This document shows positions 1 through 9,421 of a stretch of DNA of 64,000 nucleotides, piece by piece; the first letter of the stretch is position 1, and the number at the start of each line of letters is the position of its first letter. The notes under the pieces are model-generated. The model searched no databases, had not been told where the DNA came from, and was given only the letters and a program-made list of their open reading frames with translations. This DNA is from Dehalococcoidia bacterium (GTDB lineage Bacteria; Chloroflexota; Dehalococcoidia; Lucifugimonadales; VXLM01). Position numbers and translations under genes: made by a program. The DNA is taken from positions 2,326,507 through 2,390,506 of the forward strand of contig OY759598.1 in the NCBI GenBank assembly GCA_963662435.1, read 5' to 3'.

Positions 1-77
1 GCGACCCCGACCGGATTCGAACCGGCGATCTCTGCCTTGACAGGGCAGTATGTTAAACCGCTACACCACGGGGCCGC
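1..77 (-). tRNA. tRNA-Asp(GTC); discriminator and CCA fall outside the window
   Basis: Reverse complement GCGGCCCCGTGGTGTAGCGGTTTAACATACTGCCCTGTCAAGGCAGAGATCGCCGGTTCGAATCCGGTCGGGGTCGC folds as a cloverleaf with anticodon loop CT-GTC-AA and a TTCGAAT T-loop. Confidence 0.95.
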
Positions 78-109
78 GAAATCGTGGAGAGGCTCGAAGC
101 CTGTACTAA

Positions 110-139
110 ATTGTAGTAGCCTTCCGTACCTTCGGTCAA
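110..139 (-). promoter_or_regulatory. sigma70-type promoter for tRNA-Asp
   Basis: Minus strand TTGACC-N18-TACAAT about 30 nt upstream of the tRNA 5' end. Confidence 0.6.
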
Positions 140-306
140 GCATCACCTGGGAATTATGAATGGCGATCCCTATGATGCTGGTGAAAGTACGGACTCTTTC
201 GCTGAGTCGCTAGAGCCTAATTAGTTCAGGCCGCGTATGTTGGTGATAGAATCGCTTCAGGCCAGAAGGGGTCGATCGTCAACTATCCACGATAAGGCGG
301 TAGACG

Positions 307-927
307 GTGATACGAGGAGCATTTGCTAGGTTTCTGGGGGGCGAAAAACAAGGCGCGTCCTCCAATGTTCCGACCATAATCGTTGGTCTGGGGAATCCAG
401 GCTCAAAATACGAGGGTACCCGTCATAACGTGGGATTCTGGTTCATCGACAAGCTGGCGCGGAGTCACTCCGGTAGTACCTCCAAATCTCATCGACTCGT
501 TAACACCACTGAGCTGGCTATCGATGGTCAGCGTGTCGTTCTGGCAATGCCGAGAACCTACGTGAACGAAAGCGGGCGAGCCGTCACCTCTCTCTCTACC
601 CGGTATCGCGCGTCCGCGGCTAACCTGATCGTAGTGTACGACGAAATGGCCCTTCCCTCAGGCAAGATCCGCCTAAGGGCTCGTGGCGGCGACGGCGGAC
701 ACAACGGTATGAAGTCCATAATCGGCGCAGTGGGCACCAAGGAATTCGTTCGTGTGCGGATAGGTATCGGGAGACCAGAGGGTATGGTTGGCGACATCGA
801 TCACGTACTCAGCAGACCTAACAATGAGGAACGCCGCGCCATCGATTCGGGGATCGACCGCGCGATCGAAGCCGTACTCATGACTCTCACAGAAGGCGTT
901 GAACGCGCCATGAACGTATATAACTAG
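307..927 (+). CDS. pth: peptidyl-tRNA hydrolase
   Basis: IVGLGNPG, TRHNVG, VVYDEM and GGHNG motifs. Confidence 0.95.
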   Translation: MIRGAFARFLGGEKQGASSNVPTIIVGLGNPGSKYEGTRHNVGFWFIDKLARSHSGSTSKSHRLVNTTELAIDGQRVVLAMPRTYVNESGRAVTSLSTRYRASAANLIVVYDEMALPSGKIRLRARGGDGGHNGMKSIIGAVGTKEFVRVRIGIGRPEGMVGDIDHVLSRPNNEERRAIDSGIDRAIEAVLMTLTEGVERAMNVYN

Positions 928-938
928 CCGCGGCAAGG

Positions 939-2192
939 TTATCGCTCAGGCGATATCTCTTCCAGCGCCCGCCGGTTAGTTTCCGGCAATGTGAAGGCGA
1001 GCATAAGCGGAGCAAAGAGGCCGACGGCGGCAAGCGCACTTACGGCCGTCCACTGATCACCTATGTAGTCGAATATTCTGCCGTGCGCCCAGAGTCCCAG
1101 CACTCCACCAGCGGCAGCTACCATAGCAACGAATCCCGAAACCGTGGAACGGTACGACGTGGGAAACAGTTCTTTTCCCATTGCTACCAGGGAAATGTCC
1201 GCTCCCATGCCGACAATTGAAAATGTCACGAGCAGGACCGGCAGGAATGTTCCCGATGACTGGTAGAAGACGACCATCGCGCAGGGACTCAACGCCAAGA
1301 ATAAGACCGCCATCCGCTTGCGTCCATAACGGTCGCTGAAGACTCCTAGGTACAGAGCGCCTGCGACTCCAACAACGCCGGTGAAGATCAGGACGAGAGA
1401 GAGTTGGGCCGGCGACCACCCGTGCTCGGTCTGCAGAAATGTCGGTCCAAAGAGCCCCGCAGCGACATTCGAGAATGCAACCGTCAAGACTACGGCCGAA
1501 ATTGCCGTGAAACGCCAGGGATAGGCCGTTAACACACTCACTATCGGGCTAAGGTGGGCTGACAAGCTTGGTCTATCCTCTTGCGATTCCAAGCCCAAGA
1601 AACGCTGCGTTTCAGGAAGTCGCCTAAACAGGAGAGGAAACGCGGCTAGTGCGATGAGTCCCGTGAAGTAGAGGGTCCTCCAGCCGAAAGGCAGCAAGTC
1701 GATCATGGCAAACATGACCATCGCTAGCGCGGTGCCCGCCCCAGACAGGATTGCTAAGGCACCGAAACCCCATCCGCGGTGCTCCGAGGGAAATTCTTCC
1801 GCTATGTACACTGCGGCCAGAATACCTGTAGCGGTGTGGAGCATGCGGGCGATAAATTGGAGGAACACGAACGCCTCGACGGAAGGCGATGCCCCCGTGG
1901 CCGCGGTAGCTATCGCGTCAGCGACCATGACTAGTATGAGCGCGGGCCGTCGTCCGATACGATCGGCCACCAGAACGAACGGCACTGCTACGAGCGACCC
2001 CAACCTTATTGCGGCCGCTACATTGCTGACTGCCGCGTCTTCTATGCGAAGACCGTTCTGGATCTGCGGCAGAGCGAACACCATGATCGTCGTGCCATAG
2101 CTCGTAACGAGTGCAGCGAGGGCGACCAGCCCAAGCACACTCTGCTGACGTGTGCTTAGCTTCGGGACGGGAAACGCCCTGAGAACGCGCAC
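939..2192 (-). CDS. MFS transporter
   Basis: About 12 TM helices; motif A in both halves (ADRIGRR, SDRYGRK); ELFPTSYR and LPET motifs. Confidence 0.9.
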   Translation of the reverse strand: MRVLRAFPVPKLSTRQQSVLGLVALAALVTSYGTTIMVFALPQIQNGLRIEDAAVSNVAAAIRLGSLVAVPFVLVADRIGRRPALILVMVADAIATAATGASPSVEAFVFLQFIARMLHTATGILAAVYIAEEFPSEHRGWGFGALAILSGAGTALAMVMFAMIDLLPFGWRTLYFTGLIALAAFPLLFRRLPETQRFLGLESQEDRPSLSAHLSPIVSVLTAYPWRFTAISAVVLTVAFSNVAAGLFGPTFLQTEHGWSPAQLSLVLIFTGVVGVAGALYLGVFSDRYGRKRMAVLFLALSPCAMVVFYQSSGTFLPVLLVTFSIVGMGADISLVAMGKELFPTSYRSTVSGFVAMVAAAGGVLGLWAHGRIFDYIGDQWTAVSALAAVGLFAPLMLAFTLPETNRRALEEISPER

Positions 2193-2315
2193 TCGGTGTT
2201 ACCTCATGTGATCGTCACGACGGTGTCGGAACAGGGATCCGCTCCGCTCGCTTCCTGTTGAGCCGGTCGTTACAGGATGGTCGCGAGAATGAAAGCTGTG
2301 TCGTAAAATCCAGTC

Positions 2316-2807
2316 CTAATTGTCTCGGAGAAAGATCATGTAGTCGAGATCGCCGGGTGAGTGGCCTAGCTGCGTGAGCAGAACGGCGGCCTCGCTTCGT
2401 GACTGTGTGCCGTGGTTTATCACATGCACCAAAATCTGCCACAGAGGAGTCTCGTACGTCTCGCCCTCCGTGCGGCTGTACGTGATGGTACCCACTAGGT
2501 CGTGGTCGGTCAGCCCGCCGAGGTAGGAGCGCATTTCCCCTTCCTCTTCACGCCATCGCCGAACGAGGGTCTCTAAGTCGGGGAAGTCTTCCTCTGAGAG
2601 CAACCCCTGCGGTGAACTGCCCTGACATCTTATCCGCCAAACCAATTCAGCACCAAACGCGTGTACCAGAGTACTGCGGAGACTCCCGTGACTCACCCCC
2701 GCAGGGGCCGAAAACTGCTCCGGCGACAGCCCTGCTGCAGCCTCAAGAATTCGTTGATTCACCCAGTAGTTGTAGTTGAAGAGCGAGTGTATTTCCGCGA
2801 TTTTCAT
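2316..2807 (-). CDS. DinB family protein
   Basis: YNYWVNQRIL, GSLRSTLVH and ILVHVINHGTQSR motifs. Confidence 0.85.
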   Translation of the reverse strand: MKIAEIHSLFNYNYWVNQRILEAAAGLSPEQFSAPAGVSHGSLRSTLVHAFGAELVWRIRCQGSSPQGLLSEEDFPDLETLVRRWREEEGEMRSYLGGLTDHDLVGTITYSRTEGETYETPLWQILVHVINHGTQSRSEAAVLLTQLGHSPGDLDYMIFLRDN

Positions 2808-2962
2808 GGAGGTGTCCTAGAGGAAATTATGTGCAGGGTCTCGAAAGTCCCCGCACTTGGGCGACAATTCGGGACTGGCGTTGACCGGGCTCATAGTAGG
2901 CCACGTGACTGCGTCGGTCAAATCGGACATACCCGCGAAAAAGGAATGGAAATATTGTGTCC

Positions 2963-5425
2963 TCAGTTGTAGCGAGGAATGAATGGAGCGGGATCGTCGG
3001 GTCTCTGGTAGATGTAGGCGTTCTCGCTTCCGAGGCACGAGAATTCACCCTCGGCAGGCACACATCGTCCGGAAGTAGTGGCCAGGTTCCGATAAAGGAA
3101 GTAGTCAGCAAGCTCGCGCCATGTCCGGCGGTCTGTTGGATCTGCGATGAGTTTCCGTAGACCGAAGGTGTTTAGATTCGCCTCATCTGTGCCATATCCC
3201 CTATACACAGCCTCGGGGAACCACCACCGGTGACGAATGAGCTGTGGTCCGGAAAATACTTCGGTGAAGGCCGAGTCTGCGGCGCTCTTGTTCTTCGAGT
3301 GTACGAGTGCGATTGGAGAGCTGGGGGGAGTGGGGTCACCCGCGATCCCGTAAGTCGTGTATTCGATGGCCCCTTGTCCACGTAGGTACCAATACCACGG
3401 CCAGTGGAACCCGCTCGTACCGTCTATCGCGGCAATTGGACCCTCCGCGCTTTCATCCTGTTCCCGTAGCAACCGGGCTAGGTTGTGTATGTCAGGAGAG
3501 GTCTGTGTATATACGATCATCTCTATCGGGATGTCGCCATGCGTGAAGGACGCCATCAGCCCCGTCCGTGCGCTGAGCACGAGCAGAACCGCCGCGATCG
3601 AGAGGAGCGCGATCGTGCCGAATACGGCGGGGCGAACCTTGCGAGCTACGAAGTAACCCATGGCAACGAAGGCAACGATCATCGCTGAAAGAAGTATGCC
3701 CAAGTAAGTTACAGAAATACCGTAAAGCTCGTTGCTTCCATCGAGGCCGAGAAAGGCCAAATTCCACAGCAGGGCTAGGAAGACCGGCACGCCTATCAGA
3801 GTTAGAAGACCTCCAACTTTAGAGACTTTCTTCCACTCGACACGCACAATAATGTCATTGAGGAGCTTGCCGGACAGGACAATCATCGGCAAAGTGATGT
3901 TCACAAGCAGCCATGGCATCTTCTCGCTGGCAATCGTGTAGAGAAGAAAGGTGATCCATACCCAATACACCAGGAACAGACCAAATTTGTCCCGCCTGCG
4001 GAGATAGTACACGCTGCCTACGATCGCCAGCAGGAGTGGCAGGAATTCATACACCGAAGTAATGACGGTGTAGTAGTACCATGGTTGGCCGCCCCTGCCC
4101 TCTCCCTGTTGAACCACCCAGTATCCGAGCGACTGCCATATGCCGGAACCGACGCCGAAGCTGTTGGTGAAGAAAGTTGTGTACATCAGGAGATAGAGCA
4201 CGAAGAAGATCCCCGCCGCCTTTAGCCAGACGGACGTGTTCCACTTCAGACCGTAGGACAAGGCCAGGAAGATCAGGAACGCCGTAACGAGGAAGGCAAC
4301 GACCAGACCGCTCCCCAACGGAGCGCCGATGGGACCCTGCCCCCCTACGGGACCGGCCAATACCAGGTTGCTCCCTTCAAAGAAAGGTGTGTCCTGGAGA
4401 ATGCTCACGAATGCTCCCCACAGCGGAAGAGTGATGGTAATGAGCAGTACGAGGAATCCGGCCTCTTTGGAAATGCCGCGCATCGACAGACCATTCGAAA
4501 GGGCCGAAAACCAACCTTTTGCAACCTTCACCGCGGCAGCGGGAGGAGAGTCAACTCCCAGATTGACCCTGGAACGGACAGAATCCCAGTTGCGGCTAAT
4601 GATGACCAAGACAAGGTAGAGACCTATCGTCGCGGTGACTAGATACGCACTCTCCTTCGATGCAAAGGCGAATGCGAGAAGGGCCGCCGTAATGTACAGG
4701 TATCGTGGGTTGCCCATTTTGGGAGGAGAATGTACCTCCACGTCACTCTCATCCTCGGGAGCAGATTCCGCATCATCAGCCTCTTCTTCGTTGTTGCTCA
4801 CCCTTTGTCGAATGTCAGTCAAGACAGCCGACACCTTGCGACGGATGCGGCAATTTCCCAGACGATGCCTGATCCAATCCACAACACCCGACACCAAGCG
4901 CTGGATGAGAGAAGGTCTTTTTCCATCAGAGTCACTTACACCCTCATCGAGATACCTCCACATCGCGATGACAATTCCGAGCGCCCAGACGGCCATGAGA
5001 ATGTCGTTGCGGGCGAACCTGCTGTAGTACAACATCGCGGGAGAGAATGCCAGCAAGACCGACGTGATTAGGGCTCCCCAGTCGCCAAGGCGCGACCGGA
5101 AGAACAGCGGCATGAGGATCAAGACCGTGCCGGCAATGGCATACAGCAATCTTGCTGTGTAGTTGCTGTCGCCTAACAGAAAGAACAGCCCGGCGGTGGC
5201 CTCCATTTGGAATGGGCCGTGCATCATCGGGTTATGGATGTATCCCTCACCGGCGTACAGATTCCATGAATAGAAGGCGTGGAGACTCTCGTCGTGGTGG
5301 AAGGCACGCACTCCCAAATCCCAATACCGAATAGCAGCCCCTGCGACGGCCACAACGACGTAGGCCGCCACGTACCACGGGCGGGTGGCGACAGCCTCCT
5401 TGACGTTGTTCAGGATTAGGGTCAA
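2963..5425 (-). CDS. TIGR03663-type multi-TM protein (GT-C/PMT-like glycosyltransferase, Agl23-like)
   Basis: AFHHDESLH, HNPMMHGP, YYSRFARND, EKMPWL and WPWYWYLR motifs. Confidence 0.8.
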   Translation of the reverse strand: MTLILNNVKEAVATRPWYVAAYVVVAVAGAAIRYWDLGVRAFHHDESLHAFYSWNLYAGEGYIHNPMMHGPFQMEATAGLFFLLGDSNYTARLLYAIAGTVLILMPLFFRSRLGDWGALITSVLLAFSPAMLYYSRFARNDILMAVWALGIVIAMWRYLDEGVSDSDGKRPSLIQRLVSGVVDWIRHRLGNCRIRRKVSAVLTDIRQRVSNNEEEADDAESAPEDESDVEVHSPPKMGNPRYLYITAALLAFAFASKESAYLVTATIGLYLVLVIISRNWDSVRSRVNLGVDSPPAAAVKVAKGWFSALSNGLSMRGISKEAGFLVLLITITLPLWGAFVSILQDTPFFEGSNLVLAGPVGGQGPIGAPLGSGLVVAFLVTAFLIFLALSYGLKWNTSVWLKAAGIFFVLYLLMYTTFFTNSFGVGSGIWQSLGYWVVQQGEGRGGQPWYYYTVITSVYEFLPLLLAIVGSVYYLRRRDKFGLFLVYWVWITFLLYTIASEKMPWLLVNITLPMIVLSGKLLNDIIVRVEWKKVSKVGGLLTLIGVPVFLALLWNLAFLGLDGSNELYGISVTYLGILLSAMIVAFVAMGYFVARKVRPAVFGTIALLSIAAVLLVLSARTGLMASFTHGDIPIEMIVYTQTSPDIHNLARLLREQDESAEGPIAAIDGTSGFHWPWYWYLRGQGAIEYTTYGIAGDPTPPSSPIALVHSKNKSAADSAFTEVFSGPQLIRHRWWFPEAVYRGYGTDEANLNTFGLRKLIADPTDRRTWRELADYFLYRNLATTSGRCVPAEGEFSCLGSENAYIYQRPDDPAPFIPRYN

Positions 5426-5496
5426 TCAATCACCGATGGCAAAACTTTACTGCGTACGATAGGCCGGGAGGGCGCAGTCTGACAATAGTGTGGCAC

Positions 5497-7824
5497 TCAC
5501 CTTCTGTATACAACGACATCGGCCTCTGAGAAGACAGTCGTCATGAATTCGGCAAACTTCGAAAGACCCGCCTCGCCGTACTTGGTACGCTCGCGCGGGC
5601 CGACGTAAACGTGGTCAACATCATACTTGTCGAGCAGCGTAGCGGCCTCGCTGATATCCAGTGTTTGATAGATGGTCTGCACGTCCAGTTCCCGACCCTC
5701 GAACGGCGTTGACGACCCTCGCCACTGCATCTCGTGTCCGGGCCAGTTGAGGACAGTCGGCACGCCCGTGCTCGACGCAATGCGCCCGTGCTCGGAGTAG
5801 CCGCCACCTACGGCCTCCAGAATTGCTGAGTCTGGCCCCACGTTCTCTCGAATGTACTCGATAGCCCTGAACTCCGGACCTGCAAAACGTTCGACATGCT
5901 GGAGGCCGTCCAGCGTTCTTTCCTTGCCGTTCAGTTCCGCCTTGGACGCAATGGCTGCCGGTGTGTAGTACATCGCTCCCACCAGCACGAGCACCACAAT
6001 GCCTCCCCACAGTCTGAGCAATAGACGGTTGGAGGAATCCGACTCCCTGCTGAGCTTGGTCAAATAGTATATGACGAAGCCCGTAGCGGCCGCGAGGACT
6101 GTCCACGCCTGGTAGTAGAACTTGAACAAGGTGTTCATACGTTCGTGGGCGCCGCCGAATGAGTCGTCCACGAAGAGAAGTTCCGGCCCCATTATCAGTG
6201 CAAGCCCCAGGGTCGAAAGGGCCACGGCAAACACCATCCCGTTCGACTCTTTTCCTTGACCGATGAGCCACAGCGTCGCATAGGCACCCAGGGTGACGAG
6301 CAAAGCAAGCGGCAAGACTTGAATGAGTCGAAGGACGATCCCGGAGGCTTCACCTCCCCCACTCATGTATAGGGGGACCCAGACCACGAACGGTAGAAAT
6401 CCCGCTACAAGAGCATATAAGGACGTGCGGACCCAGTCTTCTCTTACTGTGGTGCGCGAATATACGATGATGACGAATGGCGCAATCGCCACGAGGAACG
6501 GCGCCCACACGAGTACCAAGTGAAGACCGCGTGTTCCCGGACCCACCAGTCCGCCGACGCCTCCGACCTGGCTGGTGAAGGTGAAAAAGTACGGTGAATA
6601 GAGGACGAACGCCGCAACGCCCACGATCAGGGCAAGAGGCACCGTCTCCAACACCAAGTCACGAATCTGCGTCCTTCCACTCTGGTACACCTTTAGAGCT
6701 ACGAAGAGCAGGAAGACCAGGCCGAACACCGGAAGGTCCCACATGTTCGTGAAGCCGAGTCCGCCCAGCAGGAATGAAAACAGAAGGACCGAGAGGTAAG
6801 GACGCCATTCGCTCAGCGACCACGCCGACGGGGCACGCCAGAAGTTCAGTAGGAATCCAAGAAACATCACGACGAACGGGACCGACATCACGTGCGGATG
6901 CAGGTCGCCGAGAATATAACTGAACGCGGGGAACTCATGAATGGTGTAATCGGTCTGGATTCCGGCATCGAAACTGCTAATCACCCTGGTCGCCCGCCAC
7001 CACCACCAATTCTCGGTGGGCCACCACTGTTCCGTCACGCTTGTGGCCGGCGCCGTCAGCCCCTCCACGGCGACCCAACTCCAGAAGCCGGGAGAGCCGA
7101 TGCCGCTGGCCCGCATGAACTCCAGTACACCCTCCAAATTTGCAAGGAAGACGAGCAGAAGGGCGGCCCCCAATCCAGCAAAGACGGCGCTTCGAAGTTT
7201 GCCCCGATCTGCCCTCACCAAGTTGTAGACCAGACCATACATCCCCATGGCAGCCATCGCCGGTACCAGTGCCAGAGAGAGGTTATACGTCACGCTGGTA
7301 ACGATACCTGTGAGTTTGCTCAGAAGGGCGAAATTCCAATAGCCGAAGTAGTAATAGCTAATCCCTTCGCCCCTCAGCCACGAGTCTTCTGGAGTTCCCA
7401 GCACCGAGCTCGCCGCGCTGTTCAAGAGCATGAAGTCCATCGGCTGCTCAGTGTGGCTGATCGAGGGGTCGTGGAAACGGTAAATGATCCACGAGGCAAA
7501 CACTCCGAGAAAGATGATCTGCCCCATCGCCAGGGTCGTCCGTTCCCTTATGACGAACTCCAAGAACTCCCGCCACTTGCGCTTAATTAGCCAAAATGAA
7601 ACGCCGGCCATCGCTACAAGCAGAAGCAGTACAGTGACCTGCGTGCTAGGGACGATTCGCAGAATGCTGAGAATCCATGACGCATATCCCAGCGTGAGGA
7701 TGCCAAATGGCATGGCGATGCTCGCGCCTCGATCACGAAGGTTGGGAAGCAAAGTGAAGCAGAGAGGAAGGGCCGCCAGCGAAATGGCGTAGGCGGCGAT
7801 CAGCCAGAGAACGACATCAAGCAT
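5497..7824 (-). CDS. DUF2298 / Chlor_Arch_YYY domain membrane protein
   Basis: TEQPMDF, ISYYYFG, IHEFPAFSYILGDLHPH, RMNTLFKFY and WPGHEMQWR motifs. Confidence 0.85.
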   Translation of the reverse strand: MLDVVLWLIAAYAISLAALPLCFTLLPNLRDRGASIAMPFGILTLGYASWILSILRIVPSTQVTVLLLLVAMAGVSFWLIKRKWREFLEFVIRERTTLAMGQIIFLGVFASWIIYRFHDPSISHTEQPMDFMLLNSAASSVLGTPEDSWLRGEGISYYYFGYWNFALLSKLTGIVTSVTYNLSLALVPAMAAMGMYGLVYNLVRADRGKLRSAVFAGLGAALLLVFLANLEGVLEFMRASGIGSPGFWSWVAVEGLTAPATSVTEQWWPTENWWWWRATRVISSFDAGIQTDYTIHEFPAFSYILGDLHPHVMSVPFVVMFLGFLLNFWRAPSAWSLSEWRPYLSVLLFSFLLGGLGFTNMWDLPVFGLVFLLFVALKVYQSGRTQIRDLVLETVPLALIVGVAAFVLYSPYFFTFTSQVGGVGGLVGPGTRGLHLVLVWAPFLVAIAPFVIIVYSRTTVREDWVRTSLYALVAGFLPFVVWVPLYMSGGGEASGIVLRLIQVLPLALLVTLGAYATLWLIGQGKESNGMVFAVALSTLGLALIMGPELLFVDDSFGGAHERMNTLFKFYYQAWTVLAAATGFVIYYLTKLSRESDSSNRLLLRLWGGIVVLVLVGAMYYTPAAIASKAELNGKERTLDGLQHVERFAGPEFRAIEYIRENVGPDSAILEAVGGGYSEHGRIASSTGVPTVLNWPGHEMQWRGSSTPFEGRELDVQTIYQTLDISEAATLLDKYDVDHVYVGPRERTKYGEAGLSKFAEFMTTVFSEADVVVYRR

Positions 7825-7900
7825 TTGGGTATTCTATCGAAATGGGTACTGCGAGTGAACAGTGGATTCCCGACAATTTGACATGCCGTCTATGGCCGCT

Positions 7901-9319
7901 CTATACCTCAGCCAGATTCCTTGTCTCTGACAACATCCTCTGTACCATCTCCGGTGACTCGCCCTCGGCGTAGATGCGGAGCAGGGGTTCGGTGCCTGAG
8001 AAACGTATTAGCGTCCAGTATCCGTCCGGAAGGACGAAACGGTATCCGTCCCTAGTATCGATGTCCTCGACTTGTCGACCGGCCAGCCTCTGAGGTTGGG
8101 CCTCCCCTACCCGTTCCTCGATGTGGTCACGCTGCGTCGCGTCGAAGTGAAGGTCGATTCGATCATAGGAATGAGGCCCGACCTTGTCTCTGATTACGGA
8201 TAGCAGCTCTGATACCGACATACCCGTCCTCACGATGAGATCGAGGAGCATCAGTCCGCTCAGTATGCCGTCACGCTCGGGAATGTTGCCTCGGAAGGCG
8301 TACCCTCCGCTCTCCTCTCCCGCGGTGAGCGCGTCCTCCCGCATCATAACAGGACCCAGGTACTTGAATCCGACCGGCGTGTCGTGCACTGGTACGCCGT
8401 ATACCTTTCCGAGCTTGTCGATCATGCTCGTCATAGTGATCGACCGTACCAGAGGCCCGCGATTCCCCAGCACCTCTAGCTGGTAATAGCAGAGCAATGC
8501 GAACGTTTCAAGGGTCGTCACGAACTGACAGTTCTCGTCAACTACGCCAAGTCGGTCGGCGTCGCCGTCCGTCGCAAGTCCCAAGTCGGATTCTGTCTCC
8601 CCAACCTCCCCAATCAGGTCCGCCAGATTCTGAGGAAGTGGTTCCGGCTGAACCATCCCCGGGAAGCTTGGGTTTCTTTCACCGCGAAGTTCGACTACCG
8701 ACGTCTTCCCGCCTGATACGAGATTCGCCAGATATCTGGATCCTGATCCATGCATCGAGTCGACCACGATCTTAAGGTCGGCCGCGCGGATTCCGTTTAG
8801 ATCGACTAAGCGCCCCATGTTCTCCATGTACAACGGCTCAGGGTTGAAATACCCTACTTGCCCGCTCTTGATGCCCTCGGCAAGGGGAATACTCTTGAAT
8901 TGCCGGGTCTGCTCGGAACTGGCAACGTGACGTTCGAGTTCTGCGACGATCTCCGGTGAAGCGCTGCCGCCATAGTCGGGTTTGAACTTGTAGCCGTTCC
9001 ACTCAGGCGGATTGTGACTCGCGGTTATGACGACTCCACTGCCAGCGCCTTTGGCTACAAGGTTGTAGCCGATTGCCGGCGTGGGCGCGGGCCTGTCCGC
9101 AAGGAGCACGCAAAGACCGTTCCCGGCAAACACCTCCGCCACAACCGCCGCAAACCGCTCGGACCCGAACCGAGTGTCATAGCCCACGACAACCGGCCTA
9201 TCGTCCCCGTTCGCAACCAACATGTCAGCCGTTCCCTGCGCGCACAGTCGAACGTTTTCAAAGGTAAAGTCCTCTGCGATCACACCGCGCCACCCGTCGG
9301 TCCCGAACTCTATTGGCAT
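7901..9319 (-). CDS. phosphoglucomutase/phosphomannomutase
   Basis: FGTDGWRG, ITASHNP phosphoserine loop, DGDADR and GEESGG; start moved to ATG 9319 (MPIEFGTDG). Confidence 0.93.
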   Translation of the reverse strand: MPIEFGTDGWRGVIAEDFTFENVRLCAQGTADMLVANGDDRPVVVGYDTRFGSERFAAVVAEVFAGNGLCVLLADRPAPTPAIGYNLVAKGAGSGVVITASHNPPEWNGYKFKPDYGGSASPEIVAELERHVASSEQTRQFKSIPLAEGIKSGQVGYFNPEPLYMENMGRLVDLNGIRAADLKIVVDSMHGSGSRYLANLVSGGKTSVVELRGERNPSFPGMVQPEPLPQNLADLIGEVGETESDLGLATDGDADRLGVVDENCQFVTTLETFALLCYYQLEVLGNRGPLVRSITMTSMIDKLGKVYGVPVHDTPVGFKYLGPVMMREDALTAGEESGGYAFRGNIPERDGILSGLMLLDLIVRTGMSVSELLSVIRDKVGPHSYDRIDLHFDATQRDHIEERVGEAQPQRLAGRQVEDIDTRDGYRFVLPDGYWTLIRFSGTEPLLRIYAEGESPEMVQRMLSETRNLAEV

Positions 9320-9421
9320 GGAGGAATCCTGTACTGTTTGGTTGCTGATGCACCAATGCGGGGTATCGAACATCATACAGAAGTAGCAGTAACTTGACTG
9401 CAAGGAGCGCTTCGACGCCGG

